Origin: a virus
Lineage: Duplodnaviria; Caudoviricetes
DNA: 64,000 bases
Strand: one strand, 5' to 3'
Virus record (IMG/VR): IMGVR_UViG_3300025909_000005
The notes beneath the pieces were generated by a model. It worked only from the letters and a program-made list of their open reading frames with translations. It did not search any database and had not been told where the DNA came from. Shown piece after piece: positions 34,854 through 43,706 of this stretch. Each line of letters opens with the position of its first letter. Within the stretch, counting starts at the first letter, position 1. A program made the translations under genes and the position numbers.

Positions 34854-35774
34854 ATGGCCAAGAAAAATCTCGCTGACATCGCAGCAGCATTCGCATCGAA
34901 GACCTCCGGTGAATCGAGCGGCAACCAAACGTGGAAGCTGTTCTTCAACTTCTGGAAGGCGCCTGTGGATAGCGTTTCCGTTATCCGCTTTCTCCCTGAC
35001 GCAGACGAGGACAACTCACTGGGCTTCCTGGTGGAAAACCTGGCGCACGAGCTCACCATCAACGGTAAGCGCGAGAAGGTCCCTTGCCTGAAGATGTACG
35101 GCGAAGACTGCCCAATCTGCGCACTGTCCCAGAAGTACTACGACGAGAAGTCGCCAGACCACAATCAGGCTCTGGGCAAGAAGTACTACCGCAAGAAGAG
35201 CTACATCGGCCAAGCGCTGGTGATCGACACCCCGATCGAGCACGATCAAGAGCAGCTCGTGAAGCTGATCGAGTTCGGCCCGAAGATCTTCCAACAGATC
35301 AACTCGGCCTTCGGTTCGGGTGACCTCGAGGAAGCTCCGTTCGAGCTCAAGGGCGGTTACAACTTCCGCATCAAGAAGACCAAGTCGGGCGAGTACGCCG
35401 ACTACGGCACCTCGAGCTTCGCACCGAAGCAGACCGACGTCGCTGATGACGTCATCGAGGCCCTCAACCTGTACGACCTCAAGCAGTACCGTACGCCACG
35501 CGTCTCGCGTGAGGTCCTGGAAGCGATGCTTCTTGCTGACCAGACGGGCGCTGCTTACACGGACGCCAAGGAAGGTGAAGACAAGCCGGCACCAGCGCCA
35601 GCTCCTGTCTCGGCTCCGAAGGCCAAGGTCGCAGGTGATGAAGCTCCTGCACCAGCTCCGGCTCCTGCTGAAGCCACTGGCGAGAAGAAGCTCTCCGTCG
35701 TTGAACAGCTCCGCGCACGCGCTGCTGCCCAGAAGGCTGCTGAAGCCGCTGGTGAAGACGAGAAGCAGTACTGA
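34854..35774 (+). CDS. gp32: Single-stranded DNA-binding protein
   Basis: VIRFLP, CL..YGEDCPIC, FGPKIF, GYNF.IK and YA.YGTSSF motifs of T4 gp32. Confidence 0.92.
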   Translation: MAKKNLADIAAAFASKTSGESSGNQTWKLFFNFWKAPVDSVSVIRFLPDADEDNSLGFLVENLAHELTINGKREKVPCLKMYGEDCPICALSQKYYDEKSPDHNQALGKKYYRKKSYIGQALVIDTPIEHDQEQLVKLIEFGPKIFQQINSAFGSGDLEEAPFELKGGYNFRIKKTKSGEYADYGTSSFAPKQTDVADDVIEALNLYDLKQYRTPRVSREVLEAMLLADQTGAAYTDAKEGEDKPAPAPAPVSAPKAKVAGDEAPAPAPAPAEATGEKKLSVVEQLRARAAAQKAAEAAGEDEKQY

Positions 35775-35777
35775 TCG

Positions 35778-35800
35778 AAAGGGCCTTGTGCCCTTTCTCT
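35778..35800 (+). terminator. Terminator-like hairpin
   Basis: AAAGGGC-CTTGT-GCCCTTT. Confidence 0.65.
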
Positions 35801-35811
35801 AAGGAGCAACA

Positions 35812-35958
35812 ATGAAATTTTCCAAAGTGTATGGCAAGAATGCCCGCGGCAAGACGTATCCTGAGCAATCAACACGTCAAGCGCTGCGTGGTTCGCGCCG
35901 CGCTCAGGGCGGCCCCGGTATTACCGAAGGCCAGAACCCTGTAGCAAAGGAGGTTTGA
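35812..35958 (+). CDS. 48-aa basic peptide (absent from ORF track)
   Basis: AAGGAG SD; TGATG overlap with uvsX. Confidence 0.55.
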   Translation: MKFSKVYGKNARGKTYPEQSTRQALRGSRRAQGGPGITEGQNPVAKEV

Positions 35959-37040
35959 TGGCACTCAAGTTCCTCAAAGACTTCAAGAAGGCTGTTGCTA
36001 AGCTCGACTCAGTCGGCGTTGGCATCAAGACCGTCGAAGAGTGGCTGAGCACGGGCAACTACGCCCTGAACCGCGCACTCTCCGGCGACTACCTCAAGGG
36101 CGTTCCCCTCGGTCGCATCACGCTCTTCGCTGGTCCATCTGGATCAGGCAAGTCGTTCATCGCCTCGAACATCGCGCTTCAAGCACAGAAGCAGGGTTAC
36201 CACATCCTGTTCCTGGACTCTGAGCACGCCATCGACGTTGACTACCTGCAGAAGATCGGTGTTGACGTGTCCGAAGAAGCTCTCACGTACCTCTCGGTCG
36301 CCACGATCGAAGACGTGAACGGCATCCTGTCCGAGTACTTCACTGGCTACCAGAAGGAGTACGGCAAGGACAACATGGACGCTCAGAAGACGCTCATCGT
36401 CATCGACTCGCTCGCCATGCTCTCGTCCTCCACCGAAATGGAGAACTACGACAAGGGCGTCATCAAGGGTGACCAAGGTCAGCTCGCAAAGCGCCGCAAG
36501 GCCATGCTGCGACTGGCAGTGGGCAAGCTCGGTCGTCTGCCGATCAAGCTCCTCATCACCGACCACGTGTATCCTCAGGACATCATGATGGGCGACGGTG
36601 CATGGGCCATCACGAACTCCACCAAGTTCTCCTCCTCGATCATCGGCATCATCACGAAGCTGAAGCTCAAGGAAGAAGGCGAGGTCACTGGTGTTCGCAT
36701 GCGCTTCGAGACTTACAAGTCTCGCTTCGCAAAGCTTGGCACGAAGGTCGAGCTCGAGGTTCCGTACAATCGAGGCATGTCCTCGACGTCGGGTCTGCTC
36801 GAGTTGCTGGAAGCCGATGGCGTCATCAAGAAGGGCACACAGCCTGGTGAGAAGCTGATGTGGGTCGCTGAAGTGAATGGCGAACACATCAAGTTCAAGG
36901 AGAAGGACTTCAACGATGAGATCGCGTTGAAGCTGCTGAAGCATCCTGCCTGCAAGCCAATGCTCGCGCGTGGCGAACCCGAAGTCGATCTTGAAGCACT
37001 CGACGATGTTGTCGACCAAGACGAAAAGGAAATGGCATGA
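35958..37040 (+). CDS. uvsX: RecA-like recombinase
   Basis: STGNYALNRALSG, AGPSGSGKS, LDSEHA, IVIDSL and FSSSII motifs. Confidence 0.92.
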   Translation: MALKFLKDFKKAVAKLDSVGVGIKTVEEWLSTGNYALNRALSGDYLKGVPLGRITLFAGPSGSGKSFIASNIALQAQKQGYHILFLDSEHAIDVDYLQKIGVDVSEEALTYLSVATIEDVNGILSEYFTGYQKEYGKDNMDAQKTLIVIDSLAMLSSSTEMENYDKGVIKGDQGQLAKRRKAMLRLAVGKLGRLPIKLLITDHVYPQDIMMGDGAWAITNSTKFSSSIIGIITKLKLKEEGEVTGVRMRFETYKSRFAKLGTKVELEVPYNRGMSSTSGLLELLEADGVIKKGTQPGEKLMWVAEVNGEHIKFKEKDFNDEIALKLLKHPACKPMLARGEPEVDLEALDDVVDQDEKEMA

Positions 37041-37258
37041 CCGAATCCAAAATCACCATCCAGCTGGTACACGGCGGCTTCGTGCTGACGACGCCTGACG
37101 ACGGTGGCCTCAGCAAGTTTGGCGTTGAACCGACAGCCAAGGCAGGGCTGAAGACGGAAGTCTTCACCTCTCAAGGCAAGCTGATGAAGGCACTGCGTCA
37201 AGCGATTGACGAAAACAGCCTGCTCGTGAAGAGCAAGGCAGCCGACTCGGAAGAGTAA
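37037..37258 (+). CDS. Hypothetical protein
   Basis: ATGA overlap; followed by a terminator. Confidence 0.65.
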   Translation: MTESKITIQLVHGGFVLTTPDDGGLSKFGVEPTAKAGLKTEVFTSQGKLMKALRQAIDENSLLVKSKAADSEE

Positions 37259-37262
37259 TCCA

Positions 37263-37288
37263 AGAGGGGCCTCGCGCCCCTCTCTTTC
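37263..37288 (+). terminator. Rho-independent terminator
   Basis: AGAGGGGC-CTCGC-GCCCCTCT followed by CTTTC. Confidence 0.7.
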
Positions 37289-37289
37289 C

Positions 37290-37556
37290 ATGAACATCAC
37301 TCTATCTGCTAGGTCCAAGATCCTTACGCTCTTGGATGATGGCAAGGCATTTCGCATCCAGGCTTCTGGCAGCGGATCCGCTGGCGCACACGTGGACCTG
37401 ATTCCTAACGAGAGTGTAACAGCTCAAGATAGTACAATATCAACTGTGCCGCTGGTTATTGCCGACATCACGACAGTCACTCTTCTAGCTGGTCAGTCTG
37501 TAGACTTTGACTACCTCACTGGAGAGTTCATCATTTCAAATCGAGGACAAGAATAA
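37290..37556 (+). CDS. HesB/IscA-like protein lacking the Cys ligands
   Basis: ITLSARSKI..L...FRI..SGSGSAG...LV.D..T..LL.G..VDFD...EF.I.N pattern. Confidence 0.4.
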   Translation: MNITLSARSKILTLLDDGKAFRIQASGSGSAGAHVDLIPNESVTAQDSTISTVPLVIADITTVTLLAGQSVDFDYLTGEFIISNRGQE

Positions 37557-37759
37557 TGGCAAAGCCAACGTTCGCAATTTCTCTCACCTTCGTCACCAAG
37601 GCGAAGGACTACGACGCAGCGCATGAGCTGGCCGAGCGCATCGGCAGCTATGTGGTTGCCGACAAGATGGCATCCGAGTTCAGCACGATTGACGTCGAAC
37701 TCATCGATGAAGATGAGGACTCAATCGAGGAACTCAACTTCGACGGAGATGACGAGTGA
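37556..37759 (+). CDS. Hypothetical acidic protein
   Basis: GAGG SD; TAATG overlap. Confidence 0.6.
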   Translation: MAKPTFAISLTFVTKAKDYDAAHELAERIGSYVVADKMASEFSTIDVELIDEDEDSIEELNFDGDDE

Positions 37760-38217
37760 GCTTTCTCCTCACGCTTGAAGAGGACAAGCTGGGAGACCAA
37801 CTCCCGGCTATCTTCGAGAACTATGAACGGCACGTCAAGAATGCCGAGCCTCTCTTCGAGCTGGAAGGAATGCACCTCGAGGTTGTCATGCGCAACCTCC
37901 CCTACCACCAGCGCGAGTACTCGCTGCGTGCTGCTGAGATGAAGCAAGTTGTCAAGTGGCTTGAGAACTACAAGAACAAGATCGAGTCGCGTCTGACAAA
38001 GAACTACGCGCAAGGACAGCGAGCCCTTCCTGCTCGAGAGGCCACCACCTACATCAACGGTGAGAAGGACATGGTCGAACTCAATCAACTGATCATTGAG
38101 GCGACCCTCATTTACCAAAACCTAGACGACATTGTCGAGTGCTTCAAGCAGATGGGCTGGATGTGCGGCAACATCACGAAGCTTCGAGTCGCCGAACTAC
38201 AGGACGTAGAACTATGA
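37756..38217 (+). CDS. uvsY: Recombination mediator
   Basis: Helical protein ending ...YINGE.D...IVECFKQMGW...NITKLRVAE; lies between uvsX and uvsW. Confidence 0.75.
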   Translation: MSFLLTLEEDKLGDQLPAIFENYERHVKNAEPLFELEGMHLEVVMRNLPYHQREYSLRAAEMKQVVKWLENYKNKIESRLTKNYAQGQRALPAREATTYINGEKDMVELNQLIIEATLIYQNLDDIVECFKQMGWMCGNITKLRVAELQDVEL

Positions 38218-39011
38218 CAGACCAAGACATCATCAACCTCATCGACTCCAAGGTTCAAAAGATGGAGACCGAATTCAGTCAAGGCATTGACCAGCTCGTC
38301 AATGACATTGACACGTGCTTGACCGAGCATCTTACCAATGTGGTCCACAGCGTAGATGGCAAGACAGGTCACATCTCACTGGGGTCGGACTACCTCTCGC
38401 TGTCAGGTGGCACGATGACTGGAAACCTCAACGTGGCTGGTGACGTCAACGTCAGCGGCGGCGTCACCCTCTTCGCGCCCGTTATCTCACAAGCAAGCGG
38501 CACAGTTTGGCCGCAGAACTCTTCAACAGCTGGACAAACGAATGGGCCTACCGCTGGCCCGACAACTGGTCCGCTGCCAGGCAACTCGATCCCTCCGATT
38601 CATGGTGGATACCCAGCGGTGGGCACCGTCGTCTCAGGTGGCAGCATCGGCATCGGCTCAGTGAACACTACTGTTGCAGCAGCCGCCGCCGGTGCCATGT
38701 ACCCGCCAGCCGGCTACTCCAACACCATGACGGTGACGAGTTCAATCTACGTGGGTGACGATGAGCTCATGGAGGAAGACGTGGCCTACTCCATGGACCC
38801 AGAGCTTCCACCTCTCGTCATCGACTCCATGACCGAAGACGGTACCCGCATCGACCTCGTCCTGACTCCGGACTACAGCGCTCCTGCCATGGATCTTTTC
38901 AAGATCATGGTCGCAGTTGCCAGCTACGCGGACCAGTCGTCGTTCAACTTCTACCTGTACGTCAAGAAGCACAACCTTGAGCGTCACTTCAAGTTCGAAG
39001 AGGTGCTGTGA
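38214..39011 (+). CDS. Hypothetical protein with fibre-like segment
   Basis: VHSVDGKTGHISL and YLSLSGGTMTGNL motifs; low-complexity middle. Confidence 0.55.
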   Translation: MTDQDIINLIDSKVQKMETEFSQGIDQLVNDIDTCLTEHLTNVVHSVDGKTGHISLGSDYLSLSGGTMTGNLNVAGDVNVSGGVTLFAPVISQASGTVWPQNSSTAGQTNGPTAGPTTGPLPGNSIPPIHGGYPAVGTVVSGGSIGIGSVNTTVAAAAAGAMYPPAGYSNTMTVTSSIYVGDDELMEEDVAYSMDPELPPLVIDSMTEDGTRIDLVLTPDYSAPAMDLFKIMVAVASYADQSSFNFYLYVKKHNLERHFKFEEVL

Positions 39012-40426
39012 GCAAGGTCTGCAACATCACCGTTCGCGACGAGGTCTTCTGTAACGTCTTGGGGCTCACGCCCCCTGACGCCCAGTTCCTGAGCAACAAG
39101 TTCGCCTTGATGGTGGAGGGGGCGTTCTTCATGCCCCTCTACAAGCTCGGCCGCTGGGATGGGAAGGTGCGCTTCTTCGAGGAGAAGACAGGCAAGATCT
39201 ACCACCGCCTGCTCGATGATGTTGTGCCGTACTTGGAATCCTGGGGCTACGACATCAACCTCGTGGACACCCGAGCCCCAGTGAAGCAGATCACGGAGCG
39301 AATGGACAAGGACTGGTTCATCCGCAAACAACCTGAGATGGCGCTGCGAGTTGAGCTTCGCGACTACCAGGTAGAGGCAGTGAACTGCTGCCTGAACGCG
39401 CAGTCCGGCTTCGTGCTTGCTGCCACGGGTTCAGGCAAGACCTGGATGGTCGCGGCCCTGTGCGACATCATGAACCGCGCCGACATCAAGACCCTCGTGA
39501 TCGTTCCGTCTGATGACCTCGTGGTCCAGACTGCTGCGACCCTTCGCCTTGGTCTGCTCGACGTTGGCATCTACTCAGGTTCGACGAAGGACATCTACCA
39601 CGAGACGGTCATCGCCACGTGGCAGGCGCTGCAGAACAACCCATCGCTGATGAACGAGTTCAAGTGCGTCATCGTCGATGAGGCCCACGGTGCCAAGGCC
39701 AAGGTTGTTGGTGACCTCATCAACGTCCACGGCAAGGCCATCGCCTACCGCTTCGGCTTCACTGGCACCATGCCGAAGCCGGAAATCGACAAGATGACGT
39801 TGAAAGGATCCATCGGTGAAACACTCTTCTCGATCACAGCAGCCGAGCTCATGGAACGCGGGTACCTCGCGCAACTTGAGATTGAACCAGTGGAGATTGA
39901 AGACGACGTCGACGAAGAGTTCCCTGATTACTCGTCTGAGAAGGCCTTCCTCAACCGCTCCCCAGACCGCCTTGACTTCCTCGCTGACCTCATCATCGCG
40001 AAGGCAGCCCAGTACGGAAATACTCTGGTCCTGGTCAACTCGGTCAAGCAAGGCAAGGAGCTCCAGAAGCTCATCAAGGACTCCGTCTTCCTTTACGGCG
40101 CGGATGACACGGATGTTCGGGCTGAATGGTACTCCATGTTTGAGAAGCGTGATGACCTCATTGTTATCGCTACCTTCGGCATTGCTTCAACAGGTATCTC
40201 GATCGATCGAATCTTCTGTGAAATCATGATCGATGCCGGCAAGGCGTTTATCCGCTGCATCCAGTCGATCGGTCGCGGCCTGCGTAAGGGCCATGACAAG
40301 GAACGCGTGCACCTCGTCGACGTGCACTCCAAGCTCAAGTGGAGCAAGAAGCACTTCCGCGAGCGCAACAAGTACTACAAGGAGGCAAAGTACCCAGTGT
40401 CAAAGCTGGTGAAGTACAAGCTATGA
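39008..40426 (+). CDS. uvsW: SF2 DNA helicase
   Basis: LRDYQ, ATGSGKT, VDEAH, GFTGT and QSIGRGLR motifs. Confidence 0.92.
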   Translation: MSKVCNITVRDEVFCNVLGLTPPDAQFLSNKFALMVEGAFFMPLYKLGRWDGKVRFFEEKTGKIYHRLLDDVVPYLESWGYDINLVDTRAPVKQITERMDKDWFIRKQPEMALRVELRDYQVEAVNCCLNAQSGFVLAATGSGKTWMVAALCDIMNRADIKTLVIVPSDDLVVQTAATLRLGLLDVGIYSGSTKDIYHETVIATWQALQNNPSLMNEFKCVIVDEAHGAKAKVVGDLINVHGKAIAYRFGFTGTMPKPEIDKMTLKGSIGETLFSITAAELMERGYLAQLEIEPVEIEDDVDEEFPDYSSEKAFLNRSPDRLDFLADLIIAKAAQYGNTLVLVNSVKQGKELQKLIKDSVFLYGADDTDVRAEWYSMFEKRDDLIVIATFGIASTGISIDRIFCEIMIDAGKAFIRCIQSIGRGLRKGHDKERVHLVDVHSKLKWSKKHFRERNKYYKEAKYPVSKLVKYKL

Positions 40427-40605
40427 AGACACAACAAGAATACCTGACTGAAGACACCGAGTTCCTTGAGTCAATTGCTCGTCAGCTCAGCTACGACGCA
40501 AGCCGAGAAGAAGGCATTCGCAAGCACCGTCTCTACGAGATCGCCATGCGCATGCGCTCCAACTTCTACACGCCGGTCTACCGCCACCTGAGGAAGACAC
40601 CATGA
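40423..40605 (+). CDS. Hypothetical protein
   Basis: ATGA overlap. Confidence 0.5.
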   Translation: MKTQQEYLTEDTEFLESIARQLSYDASREEGIRKHRLYEIAMRMRSNFYTPVYRHLRKTP

Positions 40606-40865
40606 CCCCAGAAGAAATCGCGGTTGAGCTAGAGCGCCGCACCCTCGACAACTGGGGCAACATCATGGGTCTTGAGATCCTCCTGACGGCCCTCTTCATC
40701 AGTCATCCTGAGAAGGAGAAGCTCCAAGGAGTTCTGGCCGAGCTTGAGAAGGCGGCAGACCAGCTGATCAACCGAGAGGTCCTCATGATGGACAACGTCT
40801 CGCCCTACGCCGCGAAGGCCTTCGACGCGATGCACGGCGTCCTGTCTAAGTTCAAGAAGCTGTAA
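40602..40865 (+). CDS. Hypothetical protein
   Basis: GAGGA SD; ATGA overlap. Confidence 0.6.
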   Translation: MTPEEIAVELERRTLDNWGNIMGLEILLTALFISHPEKEKLQGVLAELEKAADQLINREVLMMDNVSPYAAKAFDAMHGVLSKFKKL

Positions 40866-40886
40866 CAATCTTTGTTACAATCTACT

Positions 40887-41414
40887 ATGACTCATCCCAT
40901 CATCTACAACGTGGTAGACAAGGAGCTGACAGATTACTTCTGGAAGTTCGCACAGTCGGTAGAAGCACAAGACGAGGCTCTTGAGATCTTCCAAAACACT
41001 GCAACGGGCGGCCGCCGAACAGAAGAGGATCATCTCGTTGATTGCATCTACGGTGTAGTAGGAGAACTTGCCGCGTTTAAGCGTCTCTCGACGGCAGGTT
41101 GGAAGTGTGAACGTTCCGCTGCCTGGTCACCAGCAACTGCTCATATTGATGGGCATTTGTTGTCGCGACCGGTAGACATCAAACTAAAGTATCGGGGCGG
41201 TGACCGTTTCGAACAAACCCTCAATGAGAAGAGGTTGTGCGAGGAGCACGACGACAACATTCTTTACATCTGCATCGAGATGGTCAATGAGGAGTTGATG
41301 TTCAGGGGTGAGCGTTATTTCAAAGATCTTCGCGAGTCATCGATAGGCAAAGGCGACTACGCATATCGAGACGAGCTACAACAACTACTTGGACCAAATG
41401 CAACTACTCTCTGA
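40887..41414 (+). CDS. Hypothetical protein (possible nuclease-like fold)
   Basis: GVVGELA...IDG...VDIK pattern is PD-(D/E)XK-like; atypical codon use. Confidence 0.45.
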   Translation: MTHPIIYNVVDKELTDYFWKFAQSVEAQDEALEIFQNTATGGRRTEEDHLVDCIYGVVGELAAFKRLSTAGWKCERSAAWSPATAHIDGHLLSRPVDIKLKYRGGDRFEQTLNEKRLCEEHDDNILYICIEMVNEELMFRGERYFKDLRESSIGKGDYAYRDELQQLLGPNATTL

Positions 41415-41907
41415 GGTCTCACGGCCATACATCGTCGACTCCATCACTTCACCGATGGGTGTCACCCACTTCTGGACCTTCTCAGGTCACATGATGGACT
41501 TCAAGCTCGAGGCACTCGAGTACCTTGAGGAAACCATCGGACCGACCATGAAGATCCGAGTGCAGAACCTCGAGATCGAAATGCCGACCTCGTGGTCCCT
41601 CGTCGCTGTTGACAAGGAGACGTACACGATCGACACGATCCCCGTCACCGCCTGCGCCACCTTCGAACACGACATCCTGCTCTTTTCACCAGATGATAGC
41701 AAGCTCGTCACGACGAAGCTGAACGTCGTCGACTTCAAGGAGAAGGCGTCGTGCATTCACCCGATGATTCCAAAGGGCTCTGCAATGATCCACCCCACAG
41801 GTCCAGAGCGCTCACACGGCCGTGACATTTTCTATGGGATTGTGTGCGGCCCCCATGATCTTGTGAGATTCATTGGCGGTAGGACTGTGGGCGATATTTT
41901 GGGTTAA
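41398..41907 (+). CDS. Hypothetical protein
   Basis: Long ORF with typical codon bias. Confidence 0.65.
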   Translation: MQLLSEVSRPYIVDSITSPMGVTHFWTFSGHMMDFKLEALEYLEETIGPTMKIRVQNLEIEMPTSWSLVAVDKETYTIDTIPVTACATFEHDILLFSPDDSKLVTTKLNVVDFKEKASCIHPMIPKGSAMIHPTGPERSHGRDIFYGIVCGPHDLVRFIGGRTVGDILG

Positions 41908-42020
41908 GAGCTCAGTAAATATGGCAGGCCAATTCTGTACACATTGACCTGGCCGACTTAGCTCTGGGCTTGGAACCCCATCCTTGTTAGGCAGCCTTAA
42001 CCTGTACACAAGGAGGATTC

Positions 42021-42305
42021 ATGCAATCCTATCAAGTAGTCGCTACTGGAAAAGCGTGGGCGCATAATGGTGCCTATCGCTACATCACTTCTGTCCGTCT
42101 TCATCCAGGCGGTTACATTTTCCCAAAAGAGTTTGCTGCAGAGCAAATTGAAAAGGGAGAGTGGTCGCTCTTTACCTCAGATATCTGGGGCAACAAGACG
42201 CCGGTGCTTGCTCGCCATTTGCGAAATGGTCATCCCTTCTTGATCACGGAGGCTGACAAGTCTGTGATTAACAACTTGCTGAGCTTGCCAGATATCTTGA
42301 CCTAA
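42021..42305 (+). CDS. DUF3892-like protein
   Basis: YITSVRL, FL.TEAD...NNLLSLP motifs; AGGAGG SD. Confidence 0.6.
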   Translation: MQSYQVVATGKAWAHNGAYRYITSVRLHPGGYIFPKEFAAEQIEKGEWSLFTSDIWGNKTPVLARHLRNGHPFLITEADKSVINNLLSLPDILT

Positions 42306-42949
42306 GGCCGCTCAACCTTGAAGAGCTTCTTTAGCTTCCAAGGATCGACGCCAAGAGCAATCGCGGCGTCTTTTCCAGAAGGATAGAGAACTCCATCAAT
42401 GATGCACGGCTTAGCCGCCGGGTTTCCACCGCCCTGACGTTGCTTAGAAGGTTTCTCGGCAATGCCAGGGCGGCTCTGTTTAATTCGCTCCATCTGTTCA
42501 GGAGTTCGTTTCTTCCCTGTCTGTGCAGCGCTCTTCTTCGCTTTCACGTCAGGTCGATTCTGCGCAATCTTCAAGGAAGCTGATTGATGAGCACGCCACT
42601 CATCTGTTCGAATCACATCGCGCGATCCAGCTCCACCACTTGTCTTGTTTGTGAGCTGACCTGTTCCAAGATCGAGCCGACCAAATTTTGCGATGTACTC
42701 GCGCTCTTTGTCTGACGCCTCTTGCTTGCTCATACCATCATGTAGAATGCGCTCACGAACAGCGAGACCTTCAACCTGAATTTCCTTGATGAGCTGGCTT
42801 TTGACGTCGTTGGCCTTAATGACACCACCGTTCGCAACGTGCTTGGCGTGAAATGAAACCCTACCCGGCCGACCCATTCCGACATAGAAAACCTCATGCG
42901 TGAGCGGGTGCTCTAGGAAGTACACTTGATAGTCTCGGTGAGCATGCAT
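42302..42949 (-). mobile_element. GIY-YIG (LEM-3-like) homing endonuclease with NUMOD3-like basic repeats
   Basis: YQVYFL...FYVGMG...R...H, E...I..FG......LTN.TSGG and KKRTPEQ; inverted relative to its neighbours. Confidence 0.75.
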
Positions 42950-42960
42950 ATATCTTATCC

Positions 42961-42967
42961 ATAAATA
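42961..42967 (+). promoter_or_regulatory. Late promoter ATAAATA
   Basis: Upstream of the endolysin. Confidence 0.65.
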
Positions 42968-43002
42968 GTCTCCTCAGTATTTACAAACGTGACGGAGCCT
43001 TC

Positions 43003-43584
43003 ATGACCTACAGCATCGCATTTCAAAAAGCAATCAACAACGTCATGAAGTATGAGGTTGGTGGATTCTGGAATGTGAATGATCCAGCTGTTCCGCAGGG
43101 GCTGATCGATACGTACGCCCATCGCCGCGCGGTGGGTTACACGAACGACCCCAATGACAACGGCGGTGAGACGAAGTTCGGTGTCGCAAAGTCAGGCAAC
43201 CCTGACCTTGACATTACGGACCTGACGTGGGCTCAAGCTCAGTCCGTCTACTTCATCCGCTACTGGCTTGCCGCGCAGTGCGACAAGCTTCATGACCGCG
43301 TTGCTGCCCTTCATTTCGACGGTGCAGTCAATCACGGCATTCGGCGCGAGAACATGTTCCTTCAACGTGCAGTTGGCGTGACACCTGATGGTGTCGTAGG
43401 TCCTGTCACTCTCGCCAAGACGAATGGCATGAACGACATCACGGTCTGCAATCGCATCTGCGACCAACGTGAACAGTTCTACCGCAACATCGTCGTCAAC
43501 AATCCTTCCCAAGCTAGGTACCTTGCCGGCTGGCTGCGTCGTGTAGCCGAGGTTCGTGCCTGGACGACGGGTCCAGGCTTCTAA
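43003..43584 (+). CDS. Glycoside hydrolase family 108 endolysin with PG-binding domain
   Basis: NDPNDNGGETKFGV, FDGAVNHG, LQRAVGV..DGVVGPVT and YLAGWLRR motifs. Confidence 0.85.
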   Translation: MTYSIAFQKAINNVMKYEVGGFWNVNDPAVPQGLIDTYAHRRAVGYTNDPNDNGGETKFGVAKSGNPDLDITDLTWAQAQSVYFIRYWLAAQCDKLHDRVAALHFDGAVNHGIRRENMFLQRAVGVTPDGVVGPVTLAKTNGMNDITVCNRICDQREQFYRNIVVNNPSQARYLAGWLRRVAEVRAWTTGPGF

Positions 43585-43706
43585 GAACTCAATCGCAAAA
43601 CGGGTGCTGCGGCACCTGTTGTTGCTTCCGTGTCTTGACGCCGCTAAGTTACAATATTCTTATTGGTTGTCAAGCACTGCTATGTACAACCAACTGAATT
43701 TTCTCA

